Assembly (NCBI RefSeq): GCF_009914755.1
Contig: NC_060936.1
Strand: one strand, 5' to 3'
Origin: the human T2T-CHM13v2.0 reference genome, Homo sapiens
Length of the DNA stretch: 64,000 nucleotides
In this document: in pieces, positions 30,936-51,204 of the stretch
How positions within the stretch are numbered: position 1 is the first letter of the stretch
How the letters are laid out: every line of letters begins with the position of its first letter
The notes under the pieces: generated by a model
The model's database searches: none
What the model was told of the DNA's origin: nothing
The model's input: only the letters and a program-made list of their open reading frames with translations
Made by a program: the position numbers and the translations under genes

Positions 30936-31424
30936 CTGTCAACAGATTGGTAATGCTTTTCCACAGTAGACCTGACTTTTCAACTTCAAATGTCCTCTAA
31001 ATGTATCCGTTATTATAACTAGTTAAGGGAGAATCTGAGGAAGAAAACAATTCCTGAGCTTTTATTTTGCTTTCATTGCCCCAGTGGTTATAACCTGGTC
31101 TATTTAACCATTCCCTGTAGTCTTCTAGCAATGACCAGTTTGAGGAGAACGTGGTCTTTGAAATGAGTCTTGAAGGATAAATAGGAGTTCAGCAAAACAA
31201 CAAGAGACACGGAAGGAGCGGGAAGAAGCTTGAGTGAAGAGCTTGGTTGGGTGAGCTGGAAGGGCATGGGCTTCCGAGGACAGCTATCAGTTCTCCATGA
31301 ACCGAGAGCAGCGGGTAGGGTGAGTGGAGGAAATGCCCTGGATAGCTTTGTGCAAAGAACATAGGGCTGGATTTTAAAGAATTTTGAATGTCATATGACA
31401 GATAATTTTTTAAAATGGAAGTAA

Positions 31425-31757
<333 letters not shown>

Positions 31758-32449
31758 TAAACACTAGAAAAAGGTAAAAGTAAAAGGGCCTGAAAAAGGG
31801 CATTCCCAGCCCTCACTTTTTTGGTGAATTAAAATCAAGTGAAAAATAAACGCAGGAGTCAGATAAAGTGACTTAGAAATATCAGCTTTATTACTGCTGA
31901 AACCTATATTAGAGTAAGGGGATTTTCTTGTTGGGCAGCCAGGTGGCCTTTCTAATGCTATACTCCAGGCTTAAACTCACCCTTTAGTCATGGCTCATGC
32001 TGGACAACTCCAGCTTCCCCTGTGGGGATGAGTTAGACCCCCTTTCTACTAGCATGGGACCAGGGTGAAGCAAGCCAGGCACTAAGGTGAGAATTTAAGG
32101 AGGGCTGAATAAGGGCAGGGCTGGCCTATAGCTGTTTGATTTGCACATTAGAGGCAAGAGGAAGGCACTGAACCAAGATTTCTAATTCTTTCTCCCAACC
32201 TCACTGTGACAAAGGGAAGAGGAGTGTGGATAGGAGAAGAGTCGTAGTGTTCACATGGCAGAAGTCCTCTCCCCAGAAACATTAGGATGAGAAAATGTTT
32301 CTGATAATAACTGCTCTTAATATTTTTGTGTATTTCCTATTCATACTTTATTAGGTATGTTTTTACATACATAGTATAGACACTGCTCTATAGTGCTTCT
32401 CTTTTGTTTACTTTATGGCATCCCTTAACCCACTTTAGTACATAATGAC

Positions 32450-33115
<666 letters not shown>

Positions 33116-33239
33116 CCAACCTTTTTAATGGTTAGAGGGTAGTTTGTCATATGGTTTTATCATAATTTATTTAATTAAATCTATTGGTGGGTAATTGTTT
33201 CCATTGTTTAATCAATATCAGTAATAAGTGAAGAACAAC

Positions 33240-33460
33240 CTTTTGGTTAGGAGTGTGAATTATGGAACCCTACTGCCTTGAATCAACCCCTGACTCTGCT
33301 ACTTAGTAGCTTACCCTTTTGTGCCTTAGTTTTTTCAACTTTATGATGAAAATATTATTAGGTATCTCACAGGGCTGGTGTGAAGATTAAAAGAGTTAAT
33401 AACATGTACAAAGTTTAGAAATGCCTGGCCCAGATCAAGCATTCAACCAATGTTAGCAGC
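33240..33460 (+). mobile_element. MIR
   Basis: CTCTGCTACTTAGTAGC...CTCACAGGGCTGGTGTGAAGATTAAAAGAG; boundaries approximate. Confidence 0.7.
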
Positions 33461-36108
33461 ACACAACAACAATTGAAATGAGTAGACCAAAGAGTGAGCA
33501 AATTTTTAAGGTCCTTGTTGTATATTATGAAAAACTCATGGAGAACAGTTTTATTTAATATGCATAGTAGGACACCACTTTTCAAACATTTTCACTGAAG
33601 TTTCCAGATGATGGGAAAGACTAAACATATGCTTCCAAAGAAGATGGAGAGACAGTGATCCTTAAGCCTGCCGCAAAATTTTTTTGAAGTCTCAACTTTT
33701 ATAAAAATTAATGAGAATATGCATTCTGTTCCTTAGGAATTTGTGTCTATTTTGATTTTTAAAAATTTCAAGTGAATCACAAAGCAAATAAATTGCAAGC
33801 TGTTCTCTAAAATTTTCTATTAAAACTGACCCTCTAGAAAGATGTACCACATTTAACGATGGTTCCAAGTCCCTCTTGGCCCACTACTGTGTACCCCAGT
33901 GTGTGGCAATGGAAACTGTGGTTTTTGAACCTTGGAGCAACTTAATCAAATAGATGTTTATAAATATTAATTTGTGTATAAGATGGACTTCAGAGTACAG
34001 ACTTTACAAATGGGTTCCTCTCCTCCAGCTTTGTAGGGCTGGAAAGTCAATACATGTGCATGCATGCATATGTGTGTATTTGCTTAAATTGTCAGTTTAG
34101 TGATTCTATCTCATTTACTCCTCACTCCATATACTTGGTTCACCCATTCTTGCTTAATTTCTCATAGTTAAATCCTGAATTAAATAACTTTTAAAAAAAT
34201 ATGTGGTAATATACAAATTTGGGGTTTAGGGGATCCAATGAGCAGTTGTCATCAAGAGCCTGCTGGATTAGGTAAGCAGCCTCCTTACAGAATGGTAGTT
34301 AAGCTGTTTATTACACTTACACAACTCACAGTTGAATTCCACTAAGATTATGTCCAAAGTGAAGACATGTTTGTATACTGGAGTGTCCAAGAAAAGATGA
34401 AACATTCAGAAATTCAGGCTGATGGGAGCAAATAGAACAAAAGAGATAAAATGTCAGGGAAGAAAAGATAATATACTACAGGTAGAAGCCAGAGAGAAGA
34501 TTTTGGCAAGACTCGCTTCAAAATGGATTACCCTAGTGCTGATTTCTTCAGTATCAAGTTAGCAGAGAGGGGTAGGATCAGTGGTTCAGGGATGTTTATG
34601 GTGATAACATGATCTAGATCTTTATTGGTATACTACATCCATTTATAATTTTTATTTAAGTTTACTCTATTTGAAATGGCAAAAAGCCACATTTGAGTTA
34701 TTTCCTGCCTTTGTTTTGCTTTTTTTTTTGCCACCTACCTTCAAATTATTGGTGCGGTAAAGATTCACAAATTTATATTTACAGTTCTCTTTTAAAATTT
34801 ATGAGCAGACATTGCAGCTGTTGGCTTCTCTTTCAAGCCATCTAAACTAGGGCCTGATAAAAGGATTTCTTATATCCCTGTGAACTGATAAATTAATTCT
34901 TACCCACCAGTGAGTGCTCTAGAAGAACTAGTATATAATAGGTACTGATGAAACATTTTCTAAAATAAATAAATCAGTTCTTATTTTATATTAGAGAAAA
35001 TTCCATTGTAAGTGTTTCTACTTCCATGATGAGTCTATGTATATATGAATGCTTTTTTTGGCTGAATTTTAACCCTAAGTAATTTAAAATAATTCAAGTT
35101 TAGTCATTAATGCAATAGCCATTACAATTATATCTAGAAGTAAAAATTTACAAAATACGTGTATTTCCAGAGCTTAAGCCTGAAGTATCTCCTTTTTAGT
35201 CCCTCAGCACTTTTAGGAACTACTTCCCATTTTCTTATTTGATCTGTTTCCATTAATACCATATTCTTGGTAAATTAAGTTCACCTAGAATGATCAAAGC
35301 TTGATCACTAGTTGGTCTACTGTATAATATGCCTTTGAGTGATTATTGAATAATTACTTCCATAGAAACACAAAATAATTAAATACATCTGTGTTCTATT
35401 AAAAGTTCACAAGTTGTATGCCCTTCTTCCTGATATTAGTAAATAATATGATCAATAAGATTGTCTCTTAAACAGGAAAAAATACTTTGGACTCTAAATG
35501 ACTAATAAATTAAGTTTAAACAACTTTGGTAGCACTGGGATTTCAGGCAGAAAAAACATAAAAACTTAATAGTTATTTCATTGAGAAAATAAATAATTTT
35601 TAATTAATTTTAGCACCAATAGTAAGGATCAAAGAAAATACAGATTTCAAAATATAATGGATTACTATTGAGATTAAATAAATATTTACTTAGTACCATG
35701 TGACATACTTTCGTACAAATTGACTTATTTTAGCTATAAAACAACTCATGATGACTAAATATTGGTTTTGAGGTGAAAGTGCACCTCTACAACAGCCAGC
35801 TATTTGGTTGTTTGCAAAACTTGATTGTTTGCAACCCTTGGTTCCACTCATGATTGTAATTATGTTTTTACCTAGAACACTGAAAGATGCAATTTAAGGA
35901 ATTGCTATTTAGGACCTCATGGAAACCACAAATTCTAAAGGGTTTAGGTTTAATGAAACTAAGAGTGTCAGTACCATGGGAAGATTAAAGAGACAGTTCA
36001 GAGCTAGTCTGTGGGATGTGTATATGTTGGGCCAAATAACTGGATCTTTAAATTGACAGGACTCCACTGAAGGTATTTTAGACAGAGAATACCATAACTG
36101 TCTTATGG

Positions 36109-36372
36109 CAGTGTTTCCCAAAATGTGTTCCACTGCAAGCTAGTACATATTACTTTGTAAAATAGTTACATGATCAGTGATGTCTTGGAAATTGTGTTAA
36201 ATAGGTGGTTTTTTGTTTGTTTAATGCAGAAATTCTGTATTCTTATAATCTAGTGTTGTAACTGTCTAAGAATGGGCTATAGTATGAAACCTTTCCCAAG
36301 CTTACTTGTCTGTGAAACATGGTTTTCTTGAATTTGCTACTTGCATCCAGGAACACATTTTGGCAAACACTG
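36109..36372. mobile_element. hAT-Charlie-type MITE
   Basis: Terminal inverted repeats CAGTGTTTCCCAAAATGTGTTCC / GGAACACATTTTGGCAAACACTG (22/23 match); degenerate 8-bp TSD TCTTATGG/TATTATTG. Confidence 0.8.
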
Positions 36373-37888
36373 TATTATTGAGGTGTTATATAGGAAGGAT
36401 GAATGAGTTGACCAGAGTTGAAAGAATGGAGACTGGGAGGGGTGAGATCAATGAGATGCCTGCTCTAATAGTTCAGGACAAGAGAATGAGAGTTAGAAAG
36501 TGGGTGTTGGCAATGGGAATGGAAAGGAAGAAGACATAATTAGACTTGTCATCTAACTGTGCATGGACTGGAGAAAGTTAAACAAGCAGATAGGATTAAG
36601 AAGAAGAAGACGAGTTGGATAGAAAAAAATGAATTGGTTGGAGGAAAGTTGGGCTTGTGGCAGCAGAGAAGAGATGTTTATTTAGCTATTGGAAATAGGA
36701 GTCTGGAGATTTGGAAATCACCTGCATAGCAGTGATAATTGAAAGTAGTGGAGTATATGAGATCATTTGGGGAAAAAGGAGAGAAGATCTTTGAAAGCTC
36801 ACCCAGATCTGTAATATATGTGGAACATCTATGCATGGAGAGAAATTCTCATAAATTTGGTGCTGAGTTTCATGCCCAGTGTCTTAATCCTAAAAATGGA
36901 TTAAGCAAACTATGCTTCAACATTGAAATACTACTTAAACAGCTGATCAATCAAATCATAATTTACATAAATCAAATTATTTAAACATTTAAATGTTCAT
37001 TTAACTTTCCTAAACATTTCAATATCATCAATCTAACATATCAGCTTCTTTCACATGCTTCAAGCATTTAAAAACTGGTAAATATTAATACTACTTATTT
37101 CTATGAATATAAAACTTATTTTTTACATTCAAAAGCATTGATTCTGTGGATTTAATTCATTTCTTCGTAGTTGTATTTTTTCCCTAGGGTTATAGTAATA
37201 CTTATTTTATGTTTTCCTGGGGCTACATTCTATTGCCAGACACTAAACGAAAATAATATTGCCTCACACTAGCCATGGTTTCAGCTTACTGATTATTAGA
37301 CCAATTGATTCTTTTTTCCCTTTTTTGTTGTTGTGAAAAATTTTTTAACATAAGCAAAAGTAGAGGGAATAATATAGTAACTCCCATTACCTATCATTCA
37401 GTGTCTATAATTATCAGCAGATTGCTAATCTGATTTAATCTACACCTCTTCACCTATCCACTGGCTGGTTATTTTCTTTTTTTACAGCTTTATTGGGATA
37501 TAGTTTTCATACCACAAAACTTACCCACTGAATTTTTATATAATTCAAACTTTTTGGAAAGTGTATAGAATTGTGCAACCATTACTATAATCCAGTTTAA
37601 AAATATTTCAGCACCCCAAAAGATTCAACCAATAAACAGTATGAGACAAACAAGAACATTTGACCCATATATATGAAATAAGCATTCAGTGGAAATTGTC
37701 TCTGAGTGGACATTGAAGACAAAGGCTTTAAAGCACCCATTGTCCATATTTTCAAAGAATTAAAGGAAAATATATTTCTAGAATTGAGGGAAAGTATGAC
37801 AATGATGCAATACATTGAGAATCTCAATAAAGATAAATAATGAAAAAAAAGCCAAATCAAAAGTTTGGAGTTAAAAAATACAATAACT

Positions 37889-38232
<344 letters not shown>

Positions 38233-38669
38233 CTAGAGGGCCTCAATAGCAGATTTCAGATGGCAGGAAAAAAGAATCAGTGAACTTTTAGTTAGATCAG
38301 TAAAAATTATTCAATATGAAGAACAGAGAAAAAAGAAGAGTAAAGAGAAATAAATAGAGCCTTGGAAACCTATGAAAAAACAATTAAAGAAATAATACTT
38401 GAAAGTATTCAGCACTCTGAATATATCACTTCAGGGATTTTGAGACATACCTTTCACTGCCTTCTGGAATCCATTTTTTATGATAATAAATTAGCTTCTA
38501 ATTGTATTTCTTTCCCTTTTATGAATAGATTTGTTGCTTTTCTCTTTATTATTCTCTCTGAATAATTTGACTAGGATGTTGTCTAGGTGTGTATCTCTTT
38601 GTCTTTATCTTGTTTATATTTAGCTTCTTGGATATATAGACTAATCTTAAAAAATAAAATTTGGAAAGA

Positions 38670-43015
<4,346 letters not shown>

Positions 43016-43307
43016 TTTTTAAGAAAAACTTCCTTAGCTTTGTGCTTAGTCTGTTTTTGATTCAAGATATGAGTGATGTTTTAACAATAACTGAAAATGG
43101 AAATGATTTTCAAGTTGCTTTTTACTCTGAAAAATTTAAGTATACAGAAAAGTAGAGAGGACCACAACTAACACCCTTGCCTATTGCCTAGAAATGGCAC
43201 TTATCAAGCTTTTACCATATTATTTTAGTTTTCCTTTTTTGTTATTGTTTTTATTGTTGAGGTATTTTAAATAAATCCCTTGGTACTTCACATGATATAC
43301 TTTAGTA

Positions 43308-43634
43308 CATGTGAGTATCTCTAATCCAAAATACTTGGGACCAGAAGTGTTTCATATTTCAGATTTTTTTTTATTTTGGAATATTTGCATATCATAATGA
43401 GTTCAGGCTGGGATGGGACCCAAGCCTGAACATGAAATTCATTTATGTTTCATATATATCTTGTACACATAACCTGAAGGTAATTTTATACAATATTTTA
43501 AATAATTGTGTTCTGTTCGTATACATTGAATCATCAGAAAACAAAGGTTTCACTGTCTCATTTCAGTGCCCCAAAAGTTTTGGATTTTGGAGCATTTGGG
43601 GTTTCAGCTATTTAGATTAGTGACAGTCAATCTG
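43308..43634 (+). mobile_element. TcMar-Tigger MITE (MER46C-like)
   Basis: Flanked by TA at both ends; GAGTATCTCTAATCCAAAATACTTGGGACCAGAAGTG resembles the recalled consensus. Confidence 0.75.
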
Positions 43635-46600
43635 TATGCATCTCCAGAAAACATGGACATTTTCCTGTAACTACCATGCCATTATCAAATCTAACAATAT
43701 TAACATTTCTTTGATTTTATCCAATAACCAGTCCTTATTGAATTTTCCTCAGGTGCTTCAAAAAATGTGGTTTTCTTTTATCAGTTGATTTGTTCAAATC
43801 AGAATCTAAACAAAGCCAGTAACTGATTTTGGGAAAAAACTTATTCTATGGAAAAAGCATTTTGAGAAATACATGTTTGAAAATGTTTACACTGTTATAT
43901 GATTTTGTGCTGAAAATAATGTAAGCATTTCACACTTTTTAAATCCCATATCTCTCTCCACTCTTAACCTGCTGGAGGTGCACTTTTCCTCTAGCCAGAC
44001 TCTCTCTATTGTTCTGCCATAGATGTCTTTGACAGCCTTCTGGGAATGCCTGCTGTGGCCAGGTGCAGAGGGTTTGCCCTTCTTCCTGTCTTTAAGTGGG
44101 AAAAGCTTGCCTTCTGGGCTGAGTGCTTCCAGCTTTTCCTTATTACCACTTGTCATATTAAATATTTGTTCACATATTTTGTCTCTTATTACTTAGAAGC
44201 CATTTCCTTACAGTTATTTTTAGTTCTCACTGTCTAGTATCACATGGCACCTGAGGTTCTAAACTACCACTTGGGACAAAATGCTGCTTTTTGAAGATTG
44301 AAGAAAAAACTCAACTGCTTTATGTCTTTTGGGTGAATTATAACTCAAAATGTCCAGAACACCATTCTATTCAATAATTTGTAAGTAATTATCTCATTTG
44401 ATTTTCCCAGTCTTCTGTGTTCCCAAAGCATAGCAGTATAATGCCAGTGGGAAGACATAGAACAGAAGAAAGCTAGCAGAGGAGGAGAATATTTGATTGG
44501 GGTAATTAATGTCTCAATAAATTCAGGTTTCTGATGTGGTTTCTATCTGAAAGTGTAATTTGGAAAATATCTAACATGAGAGTACTTGACTTCTAAAATT
44601 ATACCTAATGTAGACTAAACACCATCAAACTTATTACATGGGGATTTGACTTCTTAATGTAGGTACAACCTTAGATAAACTCATTTTAATACATTTAGTG
44701 TTATACACAACCCACTTTAGAGAACCCTAGTTCCATTATAATTAATTATTTATTGAAACCCATCTGTGTACTTACCTCTGAATAGCTATAAATGAAAACC
44801 TAGTCCTTCCCTAGGGCCCTTCTGAGCTAAATTCTGTTGGTTAATGTCCTGGTATTATTGGACAACGGATTGATCCATAGCTCAGAAAAATTCTCTGAAG
44901 TTTACATTAATTATGAAAACCATGAAAAGTGATCTTTTATATTTGCTCTAAGCAAAAGTTAGAATCAATTGTTTTTTAAGTACCAAATATGGTTGTTGGT
45001 AAATCTCTTAGGTAACACTTCAGAGTATTAGTACATGGGTAAACTCAGTTGGTGTATTGATTAATGATTAGATTAAGGATTAAATCTCTCACTTGCCTTC
45101 ACAAAGGACAAACCCCACTAATATCTGTGTCGATGCTTTCAATGTTCACAACAGGCAGGGCCACCAACGAAGTTTTAAGCAGTGTTGTCACTGCTATAAA
45201 GTACATCACTCAATGCTCACATTTTGCTAACTTTGACTGAGTGTTCTCATTGCCTGCAAGCCACAGCTAATGCTCTGGGGCTTTGCTGCTGGAACTCAGG
45301 TCTGGCAGCAACTTTGGCATCACTTAGTTGCTCATGCAGGCCACAGAGACCTGTTGAATCAGAATTTGAATCTGTATTTTTAACAAGGTCCCTAGGTGGT
45401 TCATAGACACATTTAAGTCTAAGAGACATTGTACTTAGTCCATTAGAGAACTGTTGGAGCTATGAGAGCCGAGAGGTTCTTCTCTCTCTATAGATAGAAA
45501 ACAAGGTCCCAGAGGGCTCAAGAGATCTGCCCAGTTATAATTAAGCAGGTTAGTGGCAGAGATAGAGTCAGGTCAGGCCCTGTCCCACATGTTGGTGACA
45601 TCTGTTGTCTCTCAGCAGACCATCCCCAACCTGTATGTAGCAACCTCAGCATTGTCTCTCTCTTGGTGAAGTCCAGTCTGCACTGCCAGTCAAAAGCAAG
45701 TTCCTTGCACCTCTCTACCTTGCCTCCACTTACAGGGAATGTGACTCAAGATGGGTCAATTAGCTTCTCACTCTGGGTCATGCAATCTTGAGTGAAGACA
45801 CACAGGGATGCAAGGTACCTGGAGTTGGATCATCTAGTGGTAGCACTACAGAGGAAGACCCATGGGCTCTTTCCTGTTGCTGCTGCAGGAGAAGAGCTGC
45901 TTCCTGTGGTAGCAGAGTTGTCCAGCACTTCCTTCTATTCCATTCCTTAGAAATAACCACTATCAATTCTTTCTTTATAAAAAATCCATAATCCTTTCAG
46001 AATTTCCAGGCATAAACCAGTGTATGTGTCTTTATAAATTATGTAAATTTCCTCATCCCACAGACACTATTCTACATCTTGTTTGTTCCCTTAGTGTAAG
46101 TCGTAATTCCTTGTGGAGAGTTCAGAATCTTGCATTTTAGAGCTGTAATACAGTGCACACAGCGAATGTCATACAATACTACTAGTGGGGTCTAGGGCAG
46201 CACCTTATAATTAAACACATTAAATTTTTTTTGGAACTAGAAGATATGAGTATTCTATTCACACCAAGTTAGATAAATTAAGACTTTACATATTCTTGTG
46301 TCAGGTCAGTATTTGATGCCAAGTGAGTGTAGGATTGGCCATGTTTTGCCACCAATTAAGTTTCTAAAAAAAAAAAAACTAATTTCTAGAGTATTTTGGA
46401 TTTTGGAATTGTGTATAAGAAATTATGGAACATATAATTCATCTTGAAGATAGGATTTTCAAATCAGTACTTATAGATCTACCTCAATATTTTTCATTTC
46501 TGCAGACATATTCCGTTATACGGATGCAACATAATTCATTTAACCAATCTTCTATTGATGGACATTTAGAATTTTCCAATGTCTGGTCTTACATATAATG

Positions 46601-46929
46601 TTGCACTGATTATCCCTGTGTGTTTATTTTAATGTACTTGTACAAATAGAAAACAACAATTTAAATGTATGAACAGGGCCAATTTGAGGAAAAATGTTTC
46701 TCATTTGCTGGTTGCAATTGATTTCTCCCATTGTGGAAAGACATTTATGTAGAAAATTCTACATTATGTAGAAAATTCTAAATCCAATGGTGGAAAATAC
46801 CTTGGTATTGTGGAAAGATCTCAGTGCTGAGAGTCAGAACCCATGTTCTAGTTCAGTCCACACCATTTAACATGAGCAATTCCAGTTTTTTGTGCATCAT
46901 TTTCTCAGTCCATAAAATATAGAATTGTA

Positions 46930-48720
46930 ATATATCAATCAATATGATTTCCACTGAACAGGTACTGTTTTAGGTGCGTAAAAAAAAATCAGTGACCCCA
47001 AAAACACAATAATCCCTACTCACATGGAACCTACATTTTAATGAAAAAGAACAACAATAAACATGATAACTAAGTAAAAATTTAGTATGTAGGATAGTAA
47101 AAAGTGTTAAGGAAAAAAAGAAGAAACAAGGCAGGAAAAGGTAATAGGATAGGTCAAGGAGGAGAATTAAAATTTAGACATTAGAGTCAGGGACAACTTC
47201 ACTCAAAATATCTGCACAGAGCCTGGATGAAGCAGATAAACTATCCACGCAGATATGTGGGGATGAACAGTCCAGGCAGCAGAACTAGCAAGTGCCAAGA
47301 TGCTAAGGCAAGATCATTCCAGGAATGTTCAAGAAGTTCCAAAGCCCAGTGTGGCTAACAATATGGGGTGGGGAAGAAGAAGGAGGTGAGCTTAGACAGA
47401 CAGCAGGGAGCAGATGAAAGGGCTTTATAGGTTTCAGGAAGGAATTTGGCCTGTAGTCTCTGTGAGATATGAGGCCCTTGGAGGATTGCAGACACAAAAG
47501 AAATGTGATCTGGTTAATAGTTTCAAAGGGCCTCTCTGTTTTAAAACTATACTGAAAGGGGGCAAGGGCAAAGTGGGGAGACTAGGGATGGAAGCTATTG
47601 AGCCGATCCAGACAAAAGATAATGGTGGAAAGTGTTGAGCGGTGAGAAATGGCTAAATTCTGGATATAATCTGAAGATAAATTTAATAGGAGTCATTGAT
47701 GGATTTGATACAGGATGTGGGAGTAAAAGAATTTAACAATGACTCTGGAGTTTGTTGTCTAAGCAACTGGAAGAATAGAGTTGTATCAAGTGAGATGGGA
47801 AGCAGACTGCTTGGCTTTGGATGTATGGAGTTTGAGATGTCTACCAGATATTCTAGTAAAAATGTCCTATCCAAGTTGACACTTGGATAGAGATGAGTCT
47901 GGAGTTTAAGGGGGAGTGGTCTAGGTTGGAGACATAAATTTGGCAGTCATCAATGTGTAGATGGAATTTAAAAATTTAAAGCTTTGAGACTGGATGGGAT
48001 CACACAGGGAGTGCGTATAGTCAGAATGAGAGGTCTGGACTGAATCTGGAGGAATTTCAACAATTAGGGGTGAAAGAGAGAAGGAGGAGGGAGCAACATT
48101 CAGTAGGAATGGACAGAGAGGGAGGAGGAAGTCAGGAGAGCACGGTGTCCTGGAAGCCAAGTGAAGACAATGTTTCCAGGAGGAGAGTGGAAACGCTGCT
48201 GCCAGGTCAGGTTAGGAGAGAAATTTGGCATCAGAGGGTCACTGTGAACCTAAGAACAATTCAGTGGAGTGGTGGGGATGATAGAGTGACTGTAGCAGGT
48301 TCAAAAGAGATGGGAGGAGAGAAATGGAGGATGGTGAATGTTGCAACTCTCCTAGGTAGTTTTTGTGGACATGTGTAACAGAAAGAAAAGCAGTGGAACC
48401 TGATGGGGGCAGGTGGCACCAAGGCAAATCTTTGTTTTTTAAATTGGAGAATTAATGTCATGTTTATATGCTAATGAAAGTGATTCAATAGAGAGGGAAA
48501 ATGTGGATGCTACAAGAGAGGGAAGGCTTTTTGGAGCACATCAACTGAGCAGATGGAAGGGGATGGGATCTAGTGCAGAACTGGGGGTCTGGCCTCGTCT
48601 AAGCTCTTCTACAGCAATGGGAGAGACTCTAGTAGGCAGGAAATGTGGTGGGAACTTGTGGAAGTTCTGTTTTTATGCTTCAAAAATGGGAGGTTAGGAC
48701 ATTACTGAGAGTAAAGCAGA
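46930..48720 (-). mobile_element. L2 (long fragment)
   Basis: Purine-rich L2 antisense motifs (CTAGGTTGGAGACATAAATTTGGCAGTCATCA, GTGTCCTGGAAGCCAAGTGAAGA); boundaries approximate. Confidence 0.8.
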
Positions 48721-49360
48721 ACTCTGGGGAGGAAAGGAATGAGGCAGAGGGCTGCTGTTTATTATTATTAAATAATATGATTTAATAACTGTGCTACTAC
48801 TTGACAATTAAAACTATGTACATATATTAATTTGATAAAACAAACATTTTTAAAAAATAAGAGAGGAGAATGTCTGGACTACTTCTCTGGGTGAATTTTG
48901 GGAAACCCTTGAGATGAATGGAGGGACACACAACCAGCTGTGGAGTCACGGTTCTGGAATGGAATGCCCAAGGTCAGAATGAACCACTGGAGTATGAAAG
49001 ATTTTCTTTGGATTTTAAAACATGAAGAATATTAAAAGTAACAAAACAATATTATTGCATTTCACTAGGACTTCTATCAGGAGAGATCCTGCCTCTTACA
49101 ATTTCAAATATATTTCAGTGATTAAGCAACGTTAATCATTGCTATTTCTGCCTTTCAAAGTCTCAAACAAATAGTTATTCAGCTCTATGATGTTGGGAGC
49201 TCTTTGTATCCTTTGTAACTGGAAGACTGAGACTGGAGGATCTCCCTCTCTGTCTTTCCCGCCCCTCCCTCTCTCTTTGTTCCACCTCTTTCTCTGTCTT
49301 TTCCCTTCATCCTGTTGCAAGACATGGGCCTCCACAAGTCACATTCTCAGTCAGGAACTA

Positions 49361-49642
49361 TTTTTTTTTGAGATGGAGTCTTGCTTTGTTGCCCAGGCTA
49401 CAGTGCAGTGGCATGATCTGCAGCCTCTGCCTTCCAGACGCAAGCAATCCTCCCACCTCAGCCTCCCAAGTAGCTGGGACTACAAGTGTGTGCCCACCAC
49501 ATCCAGCTACTTTTTGTATTTTTTGTAGAGATGGGGTTTCACCGCATTACCTAGCCTGGTTTCGACCTCCTGTGCTTAAGTAATCTGGCCACCTCAGCCT
49601 TTCAAGGTGCGGGGATTACAGGTGTGAGCCACTGTGCCCGAC
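49361..49642 (-). mobile_element. AluJ
   Basis: Antisense Alu; TSD TCAGTSAGGAACT. Confidence 0.9.
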
Positions 49643-49937
49643 TCAGTGAGGAACTTCTTTATTTTCCTGAGAATCTCGTTTTTTCTTCCCTCTATCTAAA
49701 TTGAACTTATTTTTCAAAATTCACATCAAATTTTGCTTTCACACTGAAGTTTCTTTTGACCAATCCAGTTCTCAGTTATCTTTTCCTCTTTTTCTTTACT
49801 TCTCTTTATACTTGGAGAGATAAAAAAACCCAGGTCTATTGTTGGAAATAGTGAAAGGGCGTTAAGGTGTTATATGTTTGGAAGAATTTGTATGTGTAAG
49901 TCTCTCTATGAATTTTTAATAGAGCAGCTTAGAAGGG

Positions 49938-50090
49938 AAAAGGAAGTTTTCAATAGAAAACTTGGACTAAATATCAGGACATTTGTATTTTTAGAATACA
50001 ATACTAAAAGTTGGATTTTTATAAAAGTAGGACTTTAAAAGGAAGTTTTCAATAGAAAACTTGGACTAAATATCAGGACATTTGTATTTT
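49938..50090 (+). repeat. Perfect 54-bp direct repeat with 45-bp spacer
   Basis: 49938-49991 is identical to 50037-50090. Confidence 0.95.
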
Positions 50091-51204
50091 AGTCCTGACT
50101 CTGCCACTAGCAGTTTGGCTTTGATCAAGTTATGTAACTTCTTTGTCCCTCAATAGCCTCATCTTTAAAATTAATGTCTTGGACTACATAATCCAACTCT
50201 AGACACAATGGCTAAAATGCAAACATTCAGCTGCAATTTAAAGATAGGAAGTGTTCGTTGGGGGCAGATTTTGCCTTTGAGGGTGTGTGGGATTATGGGT
50301 TGGCACTGGACTTTATGTGCCTCAGACAATGTCCGTTGTCAGACTACTCACCATCCTGTGGAGCTGCCGTCCCATCCCCAGACCTCTTACCCTGCCACCA
50401 TAGGGGCACCGCACTAGCTCTTGCTTGTCTGGGTCTTTGTTCTGAGCTGCTTACCCTGGCCCACCCCTCTTTCATGGTTATTTCAATCTGCATCCTCTCA
50501 GCTTTTACACTGAATTGCTTTCTCTTTTTTCTTTTCTTTTTTTTTTTTAAGTTTATTGAGACTTTTATTATTGTCCAATGTATGAGCTATCTTGATAAAT
50601 GTTTCAAGTACACTTGAATATGTTTTCTACTTTTAAAAAAAATTATACTTTAAGTTCTGGGATACAAGTGCAGAACGTGCAGGTTTGTTACATAGGTGTA
50701 CACGTGCCATGGTGGTTTGCTGCACCCATCAACCCATCATCTACATTAGATATTTCTCCTAATGCTCTCCCTCCCTTTGCCCCTCACCCCTCGACAGGCC
50801 CTGGTGTGTGATGTTCCCCTCCCTGTGTCCATGTGTTCTCATTGTTCAACTCCCACTTATGAGTGAGAACATGTGGTGGTTGGTTTTCTGTTTCTGTTAG
50901 TTTGATGAGAATGATGGTTTCCAGCTTCAACCGTGTCCCTGCAAAGGACATGAACTCATCCTTTTTTATGGCTGCATAGTATTCCATGGTGTATATGTGG
51001 CACATTTTCTTTATCCAGTCTATTATTGATGGGCATTGGGGTTGGTTCCAAGTCTTTTCTATTGTGAATAGTGCTGCAATAAACATACTATCCAGAATCT
51101 ACAAAGAATTTAAGCAAATACAAGAGAAAAACAACCCCATCAAAAAGTGGGCAAAGGATATGAACAGACACTTCTCAAAAGAAGACAGTAGAGGCGACCT
51201 AAAC

